Assembly (NCBI GenBank): GCA_964106645.2
Contig: OZ067040.1
Strand: one strand, 5' to 3'
Source: Podarcis pityusensis
Taxonomy: Eukaryota
DNA length: 64,000 nucleotides
Shown here: piece after piece, positions 41,201 to 52,566 of the stretch
Position numbering within the stretch: the stretch's first letter is position 1
Layout of the letters: the number at the start of each line of letters is the position of its first letter
The notes under the pieces: generated by a model
Told to the model about the DNA's origin: nothing
Databases searched by the model: none
Seen by the model: only the letters and a program-made list of their open reading frames with translations
Made by a program: the position numbers and the translations under genes

Positions 41201-44123
41201 GAGAATTAGCTTTCCAGCTGGTGGAAACCTTTTGGTTTGTAAAGTATTATGCAATTATAAGGTCCCAAATTGTACGAACTGTGCAATAATTAGCTGCTAG
41301 CTTATGTTGTAAAGAAGAAGAAAAAAACCCAGATTTATAATTTACCATAATGACCTAGCCATATTGAAATTATTGAGATTCTTGTCTGAAAATGGTAGCT
41401 TTCTTCTTAGTAAAACATTAGCCATTCAAACTGACTGAATGGAATTGATTTTAATGCCAAAGCAATGTTCTCAGATAACATACCAAATACTGTGTCCCTT
41501 TTCCTGTTAAGTTCTGCAGTTCCCTGTTCCCCCACTTTCTTTATACTGCAAGTGTCTCTGCAAATGAATTTCTGGGTTTTAGTCAAGAATTGGAACTATG
41601 AAAGCATTGGTGTATCAGAGATGTAGCTGCCTGCCAAATCACACAGAGGTTTGTTGATTCCATGCTTTGGTGATCATACAGTATCCTAAAAGTTAGGCTG
41701 AATAAGTGACAACCTTCATTTTATTCAGTGGCATTTTTGACATGTATCTAAAATGGTAGACACATGCACTGGAATTGATACATTTACAACTAGAGTTTTG
41801 TTTTTCTGTTCATTAAGCATAGCATGACATACACACATAAGCAATATAAAATGGCTGGATATGTGTGATTTATTTTATAGGAAGAAACACTTCATGAGCA
41901 AATGGTTAGTGTCTTCAGTTAGCCGTGTTAGAATTGATTCGGAACAAGCTTGTTACCAAAAATCTGTATAGAAACACTCAGTAGAATTAAAATTGTTTTA
42001 AATAGTTTATTTAAAATATTTATTTGTTGAGTATCTAAAGAAGAACTACACACTGTACAGAACATGTAAATAAGAAGATAGGCTTTGTCAAAATAGGTTT
42101 ATTGTTCAGTCTTAAATGTGTTTGTATTTCTTGCCAGATCATCTTTAGGACTGTGAGTTTTCCCAATGACACTGACACTGAGACAGTTTCAACTTAAACC
42201 AGAGTACAAGTGCTTCTCTGGATTTGGTGCATGTCACACAATCTGCTACAATCTAGGCATGAGCTTGAGGATCTTGAAATATTTCTGTTTTCAAGCTTAA
42301 ACGCTGAAGTCTATGTCTCCATTCCTCTATTTTAAATTTGGTTTAATAGGGCCACTGCTTTCTCCTCTATATAAGACTCTACAGCTCCTGCAATTAGTGA
42401 TAATTCACTGAAATGGGCTGGAATCTGAAATCCATTGGCTGAAAGTAGAATGGGCTGCTTGTTAATGTTCCAAGGCTGCCACGCCAACCGGTACCCACTT
42501 GAAAAGTGTGGCTCTTGCACTTGGCTGCTTGACATGTCCAGCTGATGGAGGCTGGCTCAGCATCTGCTGCATTCATTGTATCTAATGGTGTATCCATCTG
42601 TTGGCTGTCAAAGCCATTGCCAGCAAATTACTAATATATTAGAGAAACATGGAAATAAGTTTGTAATTCTCATTCCTGGCTTTCTGTCTCGTTTGTTGCT
42701 ATTTATTTATTTATTGAGGTGTTGAGGGGGGGAAATCTACATTTCCCCCCCTAAAAGGTTATCGTGTTCTTGTCAGCCTAGCCTATTCTGACTCAACCAC
42801 TTTGATAAAGAAGATTCCTCTGTGTTTGTGGGTGATGTCTATTCTACTGCTGCCCTGCACGTAGCCCCAATAAGGAAAATTCAGAACAAATGTTTGTTTT
42901 TTTAATACCAGAAGATTACAAGGCGTTAGAGATCTATACTCATGCTTCTCTGTTGCAAATTAATTTTACAGTATCATATGAGGGGCTTCAGACAGGTCAA
43001 TGTGTCTCTGAGACAAACACACACACATGGATATACATACACACTTGCAAGTGGGTGAGTTGAAGTTCACCAACATCTGGATGGCCACAGGTTCCCCCTC
43101 CCAGCTTTAGATGAGACTTCAGTGTCATCCCATGGAGACACTCTTTCTTTCTTTAAGATAAATGGTTTACATCAGAATGGTATTATTTGGACATTAAATA
43201 AGAATGGAAGCAGGAGAAGGAACAACAACATCATCTCCCCAAAATCAGAACATGGGAAGTCACCCAAAAATGTTTAATTTGGAATGGAATAATTTGGCTT
43301 CTTAAATTGTATTATGATTTGGTATTGTATCAATGTGGCTTATATTGGATTATTATTAATGAAAAATTAATTATTATTTTTTTAAAGAGACATTCTTTCT
43401 TACCTGAAGCCATAAGACATTTGAGAGATCAAAAGAAAATGGGGTTTTTTTATCTTCTGTGACTCATCTTGTCTATGAATAGTAATATAGTACCTTTGTG
43501 TTTAACAGCTAGGATAGATCCTCCTCCTTGTATAAAGAAACTGGGAGACACTTCTCATGCTGTTTCAAAGACTCAGTTACAATCTCAAGAAGTGCAGTCA
43601 TATCTGATAAAGTTCCATTCTGAATTCCCCTAAGTCTTGACCAGAGATTCCTAATATAGCATATATGGGTCAGATCTATGCTGACAATTGGAATTATATA
43701 CATTATATTATATATATTAGAAAGATTACTATGTAAAGCAGAAGTAGATAATGTTAGATATCTGAGGGCTATTCAACCTGCAAGGTTTTTTCTCCTGACC
43801 ACAAAGTCCTCATTGCTGCCATGTGATTACTAGGCAGGTGTGAAGAAGTTTTTCCAGGACAAAAGACCCAGCAGGTGTTGATGTCACGTAAAGATTTTCC
43901 TGTTTCACATAGAATATGAATGGGAATGTCTGGTTTGTGTTCCGCAAACACAGCTGCATAATAAAAATAGATATGTGTAGAACAAACAGTGGATATACCA
44001 GTGAATTTATATCTGAGTGGAAGTAAAATGTCAGCAATAAAGGCTGTTGGTGAATTGTTTATCAATTATATTAGAAAGGTTGATTACCTATGGCTGTGCT
44101 GGGGTGGGGATTAAAAAGTTGCA

Positions 44124-44319
44124 CAGTGGTACCTTGGGTTACATACGCTTCAGGTTACAGACTCCGCTAACCCAGAAATATTACCTCTGGTTAAGAACTT
44201 TGCTTCAGGATGAGCAGCAGGAGGCCCCACTAGCTAAAGTGGTGCTTCAGGTTAAGAACAGTTTCAGGTTAAGAACGGACCTCTGGAACGAATTAAGTAC
44301 TTAACCCGAGGTACCACTG
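44124..44319. mobile_element. Second, shorter copy of the same Tc1/mariner MITE
   Basis: Same TIRs and body as 3282-3539. Right flank TA, left flank CA. 62 bp shorter. Confidence 0.85.
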
Positions 44320-45107
44320 TATTTAAAATAGCAGCTAAAACTGGAGGCTGGCATTTCATTTTAAGCACATAGTGGGAGCGCTTGTCAGTTCTTAAAGCGA
44401 ATGCTCAGTGTTATTTAATTTCCTTTAAAATCACAAGATAGAACTTGTAAGGCATGACTGAGTTAAAAGTGTACGGAAGAAGGAAAAAGAAATAGACATG
44501 ATGTAACCGGGCTTGCATATGAACCTATTATGAAGCTACTATGACAATACCAATCTAGATCTTTATTTGTTAATGTACAAAGGGCACGGGGAAGGAATTA
44601 TATATGTTCTGTGTTTCTTATTCTAGAATGTGGAGAATGAGGGGAAAGGGATCTAATGTTTGCATTTCAGTGAAGTCTGCTTAATGGGAACACTTTTTCA
44701 AAGTGTAGGAGCAACAAGGAAGACATGCCACCACAGCCTGCAATGCACAGTACTCACCCTAGCTAGATTTTCTTAAGGTCCTTCCTTGTTTCACCCCCAT
44801 GTTTCTACTTCCCCACTCTTTTCAACCCTGCTTCTGGTGTTGCAGGATGATTATGCAGCTGCAGTCCCCACCCCCACCTCCCAAAATATCCTGCCTTCTC
44901 CCGTCCACCACATATCCTCAGTGAAGCAAGTCCACCACTTTCAGAAATCCTTATCTGCAGAAAACCAGTATTGAATAATAGATAGGGAATCCTCCATTTG
45001 TGTCTTGCACTGTTTGGGTTACTTCATTGAATGAGATTTTCCAGCAAGCTGTTTCTCTGAATCCAAGGTTGTAACTTTATTTTCCTCTGTTACATTGTTT
45101 TGTCTAG

Positions 45108-45435
45108 GAAACTACTCCAGACAGCCAACGTACTCTGGAGTGACCAACACGAGTTACAGTGGCCCAGGACCTGGTATGGGTATAAATGCCAGCAGCCAGA
45201 TGCATGGACAAGGGCCAGGCCAGCCTTGTGGTACCATACCCCTGGGACGAATGCCATCAGCTGGGATGCAGAGCAGACCGTTTCCTGGAAATATGAGCAG
45301 TATGACCCCCAATTCTCCAGGCATGTCTCAGCAGGGAGGCCCAGGGATGGGACCACCCATGCCGACTGTGAACCGTAAGGCACAGGAGGCGGCTGCAGCA
45401 GTGATGCAGGCTGCCGCAAACTCCGCCCAGAGCAG
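45108..45435 (+). CDS. ARID1B: ARID1B internal coding exon, 328 nt, phase 1-2: (G)[10 protein letters not shown]...[29 protein letters not shown](R)
   Basis: Acceptor ttgttttgtctag, donor CAG|gtatga. Lies within ORF 45095..45493. Contains the ARID1-family motif [18 protein letters not shown]. Confidence 0.97.
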
Positions 45436-47148
45436 GTATGAGTCCAAAGGAAAGGATCCAAAACCATTTAAAATGTACTTGCTTATAAAGTAAAGGAGGT
45501 TTGTGCAAAGGACAAAACGGCATAATTGTTAAAAGAAACCCAAATGACAGTGGCAGGTGTTTACCATTTCAAGACATGTTTTATATCTATGAATATAAGT
45601 ATTTAGAACAGGAAGTCCCACCGTTTTAATATGACATAAAAAGTAAAATCCCTACAATTAACCCCTGCAATTCTGAAAGGGTAAATTTAGTACACGAATT
45701 TAGTACATGAATTGTTGGGGAAAGGAGGGTGGAAAGAAGCACCATTGCTGGGATCGTTGTTGTCTCTTGGGCATTTGAAATCTCCAGAACATTTTCAAAA
45801 TCCATTCGCCAATGGATATGAGTAGTGGGCAGGGGGGACCCTTTTTAAAGCTAACCAGAATATCTAATTTACAACTGCTGTTCTGAGGTGGAGACTGAAA
45901 TATGGATTATTAATCTCTAGTCTTGTGGTTTTTGCAGAACAGGAAGCATCTTCCTCAGGTCTTGAGGTAGCACCATAAATTTACACTCCATGGCTAATAT
46001 GTGCAGCCTACTATCCCTGGGATGATAACTCCAAGACCCTTAAGGGAGAATACCTGGTTACTGGATTGCAGTATGTGCCTGCAGTTCTAAAAACCTGTGG
46101 AAACGCAAATAGCATCTTCCCTTGTGCTGCCCATGGCAACCATGGGGAACACATGCTCTCACGTTTCTTGAGATCATGTTGTGTTTCTCTGTTTCATAGT
46201 GTTGAAATAGACAGACTTTTCCTCAGCAGAAAAATGAATTTTATTATTGTTTTGCAAGATGGATCTATATGCATGTGTATATTAAGTGCATGCATATATA
46301 AAATACATATTTATACACATTTCTACAGACATATACATTGCATTTGGTTATATAATATACCATTGATGACCTTACGCACTAATTACTCCAGATATTTTTA
46401 TGTCTATTATGCATATAAAGGAAAAGGTATACACAACTTGTTTGTACTATGGAGGATTAGGGAGACCTAAAACATCTTTTAAAAACCCCAAAATACTACT
46501 ATTTTAATAGGATAAAATCACATTACCTTTCTAAATTACTGACCTGGGCTCCTGTGAAATTCAGTAGATCAACAGGTTTTATGCATTTTTTTGTTTTGGT
46601 TTGAGCAATTGGTATTTTACAAACATAAAAGCAATATAATTAATTTTAAACATTAATAATTGCCAGTAAAATAGAGTGCACGGTTGCAATTCACATTATG
46701 AATTTGGATAAAGTATTTCATATTTGATTTAAACACACAAACATAATACCTGTAGATTGCTTTCCCACTTGAAGCCTAACTCTCAAATGTATTTTGTAGA
46801 CTTACTTTTCAGTTGCTGTATCTCCATAATCAAAACACAACATTTCAAAACCTCTTCATCACATTGTGCGCCCCAGGTAATCTAACACCTGTAGGAAGAT
46901 TATGAAGTCATTAGACCTTAATTGCAAAAGGAACATTAGGAAGCAACTTGTGGGATGAATCCCTTTTTATCCAAGAGGTTTGGAAGCACAGCATTTTTCT
47001 CCTTGGTTCCTAATGGAAAGCTATATGGCTATTTGCCCAACAGTAAGAATCCTACATGCTTCAGTATGGAAGGATTGTAGCTGACGAGGTGGTTCATGCT
47101 TGTGATCCAATACAAATCCAAAGAAGCTGTTCTTTTGTTCTGCTTTAG

Positions 47149-47277
47149 GCCACCATACATTAGGTCGCCTGCTTATCCCAGCCAGTCTGGGGCTGGCGGA
47201 CGCCCCATGTTTTCTTCACAGCACCCCAACTATGGCAGCACTCAGGCTCCCATGATGCATCAGCCTGACCAGTACGG
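47149..47277 (+). CDS. ARID1B: Putative ARID1B cassette exon, 129 nt, phase 2-2: (R)PPYIRSPAYPSQSGAGGRPMFSSQHPNYGSTQAPMMHQPDQY(G)
   Basis: Acceptor tcttttgttctgctttag, donor CGG|gtaggt. In frame with the 328-nt exon, length divisible by 3, no stop. Its P/Y/Q/S/G composition and retained CpGs resemble the neighbouring exons. Confidence 0.8.
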
Positions 47278-47419
47278 GTAGGTAGCCATGTAAACTGGAC
47301 TTGCTGTGGGATCTTGACAGGGTTTTTTCTCCTAAATGTTATATGCCATTTGGCTATTGAAGGCACTCCAGATCAAGTATAATGCTTGCATCTGAAAAGG
47401 AATTTGCTTTTTTGTTTTT

Positions 47420-47497
47420 ACTAACTATGTCAGATATGATTTTTAAAAAGACAAACAAAAAACTGCATGTCACCCACACTGCATGGCTTGTGGCATG
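47420..47497 (+). promoter_or_regulatory. Candidate intronic splicing-regulatory cluster: QKI motif ACTAAC plus RBFOX motifs TGCATG x2 and GCATG
   Basis: ACTAAC 47420-47425, TGCATG 47464-47469 and 47480-47485, GCATG 47493-47497. All are 140-220 nt downstream of the 129-nt exon. Confidence 0.55.
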
Positions 47498-48229
47498 GCT
47501 CTGTTTCCTTCATGCCTGAGAGGGAAATGAAGATCTCCATTGGCTGCAAATAAATTAAATCTTGTGTTTTTCTGCACCATTACTTGTCCCTTCCTCCATT
47601 TTTTTGTCGTTGTTGTCTAGGAGCAGAATCATGAGACACTGAAATTACCATGGCTGTCTTGTTGTTATCATCACATTAAGCTTCTCCCCAAAAATACGCT
47701 ATGTATTTATGAAACTGATTGCAGAAGCAATGGCAGTAGTTAGTAATGGGGCTTATAAAAGGTTCCATGGTATCATAATTTAAACAATTTATGAAAGGGT
47801 GACAGCCTGCTAACACTTCTGCCAAGGGGTGTAAAACTTGAGGTGTCTAGTATGAAATTACCTGAACTACGGGGGATTTTGTTCCAGTTAATTCTGTTTT
47901 CATCAGTATTTCCCTACTCTTTTTTAAAAATATTACGTCACTGTGAAAGTGCTCCCACCATTCAGTTTCAAAATTTTCAGAAGTAATACACACCCAGTCA
48001 AATTACTGCTATCACTGGCCAACTGAAAATCCCCAAAGTTGCAGTATTCTTCTCTGGATGCAGGGAGACCAATGAGTCCTGATTTTGCTAACATGAAATA
48101 TTTAAAAGAATTGTGTGGCACCCCTGAAAAATATGAAGCAAACTATTAGGACCCTAACACTGTGGAAGTTTATAGTTCCTTTTACTTAAGATTTCTGATA
48201 GTCAAGTTAACATTTTGGTCAGCATCTAC

Positions 48230-48665
48230 ATGCATTTGAACGTAACAGTAAGCAGTGGTTTGGCACTCCAAGCATGAACTGGAACAAGCCCAAGCAAAGC
48301 CTTAGGCACATTTGCCCCCCTTGTCTCCTTCCAAGTGACCACTAGTGTCTACTTCTGGTTTCACAGAATTTTGGCTTGTTATATATGAATCAGAGATTGT
48401 GGTTTGAAACAAATTCTGGGGTGTTAAAACATGCCAGCTACATAACCCGTAATTTGAAGTTGGCTTGTTTTGAAACCGATCAGAGTTCGTTTAAAACTGT
48501 GATGTTTAGTTTGTACACAACAACAAACCAGGATTCTCTGTAACCAAAAATAAACACATATTTTCCCCAGCTGCATAGAAGGAGGAGGAGGAAAGGCGAA
48601 GTTTATGAGCCCAATAATTTGCTTGGGCTTGTTCCAGCTCAAGTACATAGTACATGTGAACTGGG
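48230..48665. repeat. Fold-back (long palindromic) non-autonomous DNA element
   Basis: Perfect 20-bp inverted repeat at 48279-48298 / 48618-48637, plus nested imperfect inverted pairs toward the centre. Confidence 0.65.
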
Positions 48666-49293
48666 CCGTGATAGGTAGTTGTTTTTAAAAACAAAAACAA
48701 AAAACCCTAGAACAACACACTTATAAATGTCACAGAGAGTGAACGCGCACAGTGTTTTTCTACCACATCATTAGTTTTGAAGGGGAAGCCTGTAGTGTTC
48801 GAATGTCATTGGCAATTGTAACAAAATACCAATCTTTGGTGCCTGGATTAAAATAAAATAAGAGAGTGCAATCCACCTCCCCCAAAGTTCCTTGGAATGA
48901 ATGAAGTGTTGAACTTGCTTAAGTGAGTTGGGTGGGAAGTAGTTTTATGAAACGCTTTTGATGGCTTCCAAGTCATATACTAAACTGTAACATGATCCCA
49001 GTGTTGAAAGCACAGATTTCTTTTTTTCTAAACCACAAGAAATGCTCTTAGAAATTTAGGAATCTTAGTTAGACACAGAAAGCTAGTTTGGCTTTGCTGT
49101 GCCAAGTCACATTAAGCAACTGTGTAAAATGAATTTAAATGGCATGCATCAGAGCAAGCTCACTTCTGCTGAGGCAGAAAATCAATGCCTGCTAAGCAGA
49201 ACTTGAACAATCAAGATCAGGGATTCAATCGGTTATATTATCCTGTATTCTGGTGCAGAATGCTACCCTTCTAATTAAAAAGAAAGGTTAATA

Positions 49294-49380
49294 GTGCAAT
49301 CCTAACAATGTCTACTCAGAAGTACTCTTACTGAATTGAGTAGGCCTTACTCCCTGGTAAGGAGGGTTAGGATTGCAGCC
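49294..49380. repeat. Short palindromic MITE-like repeat (relatives at about 38269-38351 and 21490-21545)
   Basis: tgcaatcctaac ... gttaggattgca termini around a central tactcagaagta..tgaatt..ttactcc core. Confidence 0.6.
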
Positions 49381-51764
49381 TGAGACTTTTAGAAGCAACA
49401 TCATTCCGACATCTCTACAGAAGAAGTAGTTACCCTCTTGAATGGTAACTATTTTTTGTTTTAATAACCCAGATGGTATATTATGTAGGAACACTATATT
49501 CACTACTAAGCAGACAAGCCTCTCTCTAGTGTGGTTTGGACTTGGTGCCAAAGAGTAATACCATTCTTGGAGATCAGCAAATAACCCTGAAAAAGCAGGA
49601 AGCCATAAAGAGTTAAATCACTTTCCTTTTCCTTTTTCTTGTTTTTGTCCTGGCCAAGACTTTCAGAAGTTGTATATTATGGATAAGGAGAGTATGCTCA
49701 CATGTGACAAATCTCTGCAATTACCATGGAAGGATACAGTGAGTGCACTATAAAAATGAAGGATGGCAACAACAACTGAGCTTTAGACTTCCTCAATGGG
49801 TTGGATATGAAGAAGTAATAAAGGCAACAAATAAACTTGGGATTAAATTTTAAGGGGTTTCCAATTTTGAATGTCTCTTGATGGGTGCCCAAGTTGAGAC
49901 ACATGGGCTCTGATAGACACTGCTGAGCACACACATTGTAGCTTGTAACACTTCGAAAAAGGAGTGTATTTGATGGTGTGTATTTAATAAAGGCCTTCAA
50001 GCAGTGGGAGGCTTACATCTTTTGGGGGTCTGTTTGTTGAAATGGAAGGGGGATACAATCTGCCGGCACAAAATGCTATAGCCTTCTCCGTAGCAAATCA
50101 GTGAGCACAAAGGGGGACACACAGCTTTAGTTCACTTCCTTTGTGTTTATCTTGAAACTGCTAGAGAAGTAAAGGAGAGGGAGAGTTAAAGCAGTATGCA
50201 TTCCTGTGTTAGTTCTTGTTTCCCTGTTTTGTTTTTGAATACAAGGAGACTTAAGAAGAGATTCACAGATTCAGGTAATTATTATTTGTGGTTCTAGCTC
50301 ACCCTTCACTGAGTGGTCCCAGGGCAGGTTACAAAAAGGTACCATAGACACAAATTTTATTTATTTATAATTAGCGCTGCCTTCCTGCCATCAAGCATAA
50401 AGATCCATGTCCAAATGTGTCATTGTAGGTAATTTCTGGTAATAAGTTAAGTGATTCCACTCCACCGGAAAGTAGCTGCCGGCTATGTTGGATGTCAGGG
50501 TATTGCCAAATGTCTTATGTGAAATGACTAATGCCTTCCGACACTTGCCTGTATATATAGTAAAATATGCTACATATACAAAAATTGCAGGAATTGGTAT
50601 GGTATTCAAATATGCAAACCCAGTTTTAAGTGTGAGGAAAGCAGATATTCATCACAGTCCAGACTGGACAAATGTACTATTGCAGAGTTGCACTGTGTGA
50701 ATACTATATTTTTCATAGGTCATAGGTGTGGGGGGGCATACAATGACCCAAACTATTGTGCGATGTGATGTGTACAAGAGGAGGTTTTTACAGAAGGAAT
50801 TTCACTTTACGCCATGCTACCACCACCACCCCAATTATAGTTCAGACAATTGGTACAAAAATGTTTTAATGTGTATGCTCAGAATGTTGTTTGTTCCTTC
50901 TCTTAAAAGGGGGGAGGGTTAGGCACTTCATTTTAAAGTTTGGAAGTACTAGTTGGCTAGTTGAGACATATCAGCAATTAGTGGTCAGGTCACCATGTGA
51001 AAACTCATAAGCATCTGAATATTGCAAATTTTTATTCAGATGCTGAGTGAGGGCTTCTTTTCTCTTTATCTAGAACTTTTTAAAATATTTTTTAATTTTG
51101 TGTGCTGCCCTGAGACCTTGGTATATAAATCAACCAAACAAACTTACTAAATGCATGTCAGAAGGGCCTCCTGTGGGCACAGTCAAAAACAGCTTCCATG
51201 AGAAACCATCCTTGCATATTACATGGCCAACACTTATATTGGCTGACTCGACTTGCAGGACATAAGGGCCGGAATTTCCCATGCTAGACCCTATATTAGA
51301 GCTGTCAATTAATGCTGTAATTTTGTCAAAAGGAAATGCACAGTTGCAAAGAGAATTTATTTGGCCTTTGGATTCCTTGATACTCTACCACCTAAGACAC
51401 TAAGCCTTGGATAGAGAGGAGTCTAAACTTGCACTAAAATGTTCCTCTTTGTACACAGAGGTCATGGCTCATTTTGATGTCTGTTGAACATGCAGAACGT
51501 TAATCCTTCAGATAGAGCAGGGATTGCCACTGGAAGGTAGATTAAAACATCTCATATTTGAGCAAATGGAACCTCGCACTTATCTGGATCTAAGGCTCAG
51601 TCTTTCATAGTATCATGAACTGCAATAGACAATAATAATTTTAATTGCGTTATGTTTCAGTTTACTTCATTCTTCGTAAACCCACTGCATTCTCAGCCTG
51701 TACTGCACTATCTGGGTTCAGTAGTGTGTGCACTTATTTGCAATTGAGGTGCATTGAAATAATT

Positions 51765-52142
51765 GGCCTGGTTTGCATAACTTGCTAAACCGGACTTTGA
51801 TTTAGTGAAACCCACAGCTACTTGGCTTTTCCCTGGTCCTTTTTGTTGCCCGCCACATTCTGAAGTCCAAGTTTGGTTTAGTGTGTAATCTGAAATAGGG
51901 CTCGCTCGTGTTTAATCTCTCTCCACACTAACCACAAACTGTAACCAAGAACAAACTTTGGTTACATCTCATGGTTAGTGAGGAGAGAGATTAACCATGA
52001 ATCTTGGTTTGGATGATAAGCTAAGCCGAAGTTTGGCTTGGTGCAGGGGAGGAGTCGTGTGGCTGCAAGTTCCTTTCAGAGCTTGCATCTTCATGTGGTC
52101 TCGCTAAGGCAAGGATTGGCTTGGTATGTCATGCATACCAGT
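51765..52142. repeat. Fold-back (long palindromic) non-autonomous DNA element
   Basis: Central hairpin taatctctctcc..ctaacca..tgtaaccaa / ttggttaca..tggttag..ggagagagatta (51913-51993), with imperfect outer arms. Confidence 0.65.
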
Positions 52143-52214
52143 GACACTTACTTTTGAGTAAAACTGACTCTTTATCATGTCAGGTCGTCAGTCTACTTAA
52201 TGCACCTGATGAAA

Positions 52215-52566
52215 ATCTCTTTATTTGGCGATCACTCGTAGCTGAGTAAGATTGTCTTCCATAAACACGGTTTTAACAGTGGGTCCGTAAGTGACTGTGG
52301 AGGCCAGTTCTGGATCCACACATCTTTCCACAATGGGGACATAGGTTTCTGGGTGGGAGTTGATCATGGTGAGGGTTTGCCAAGTGTGCCTTCCTCGTAG
52401 CACGTTTCTCCCTTTCATCCTGAGTTCAAGAGTATTCAAAGCTGGTAAAGGCTGTTCTCCAACTGGAATGCTCGCAGGCCAGTGTTTCCCAGTTGTTGGT
52501 GTTTATACTACATTTTTAAAGATTTGCCTTGAGAGAGTCTTAAAACCTCTTTTGTTGACCACTGGC
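52215..52566 (-). mobile_element. RTE-clade LINE 3' end with a terminal C2H2 zinc finger
   Basis: Manual minus-strand translation: GQQKRF*DSLKANL*KCSINTNNWETLACEHSSWR...LCPHCGKMCGSRTGLHSHLRTHC*. Stop at 52273-52275, then a short 3' UTR. The frame is absent from the ORF track because of stops. Confidence 0.85.

Noticed and set aside
45436-45493. Read-through extension [18 protein letters not shown] as an alternative terminal exon
   Set aside because: There is a strong donor at 45436 and no supporting evidence. A short open frame into an intron is expected by chance.
45090-45523. Antisense and alternate-frame ORFs over the 328-nt exon
   Set aside because: Shadows of a GC-rich coding exon.
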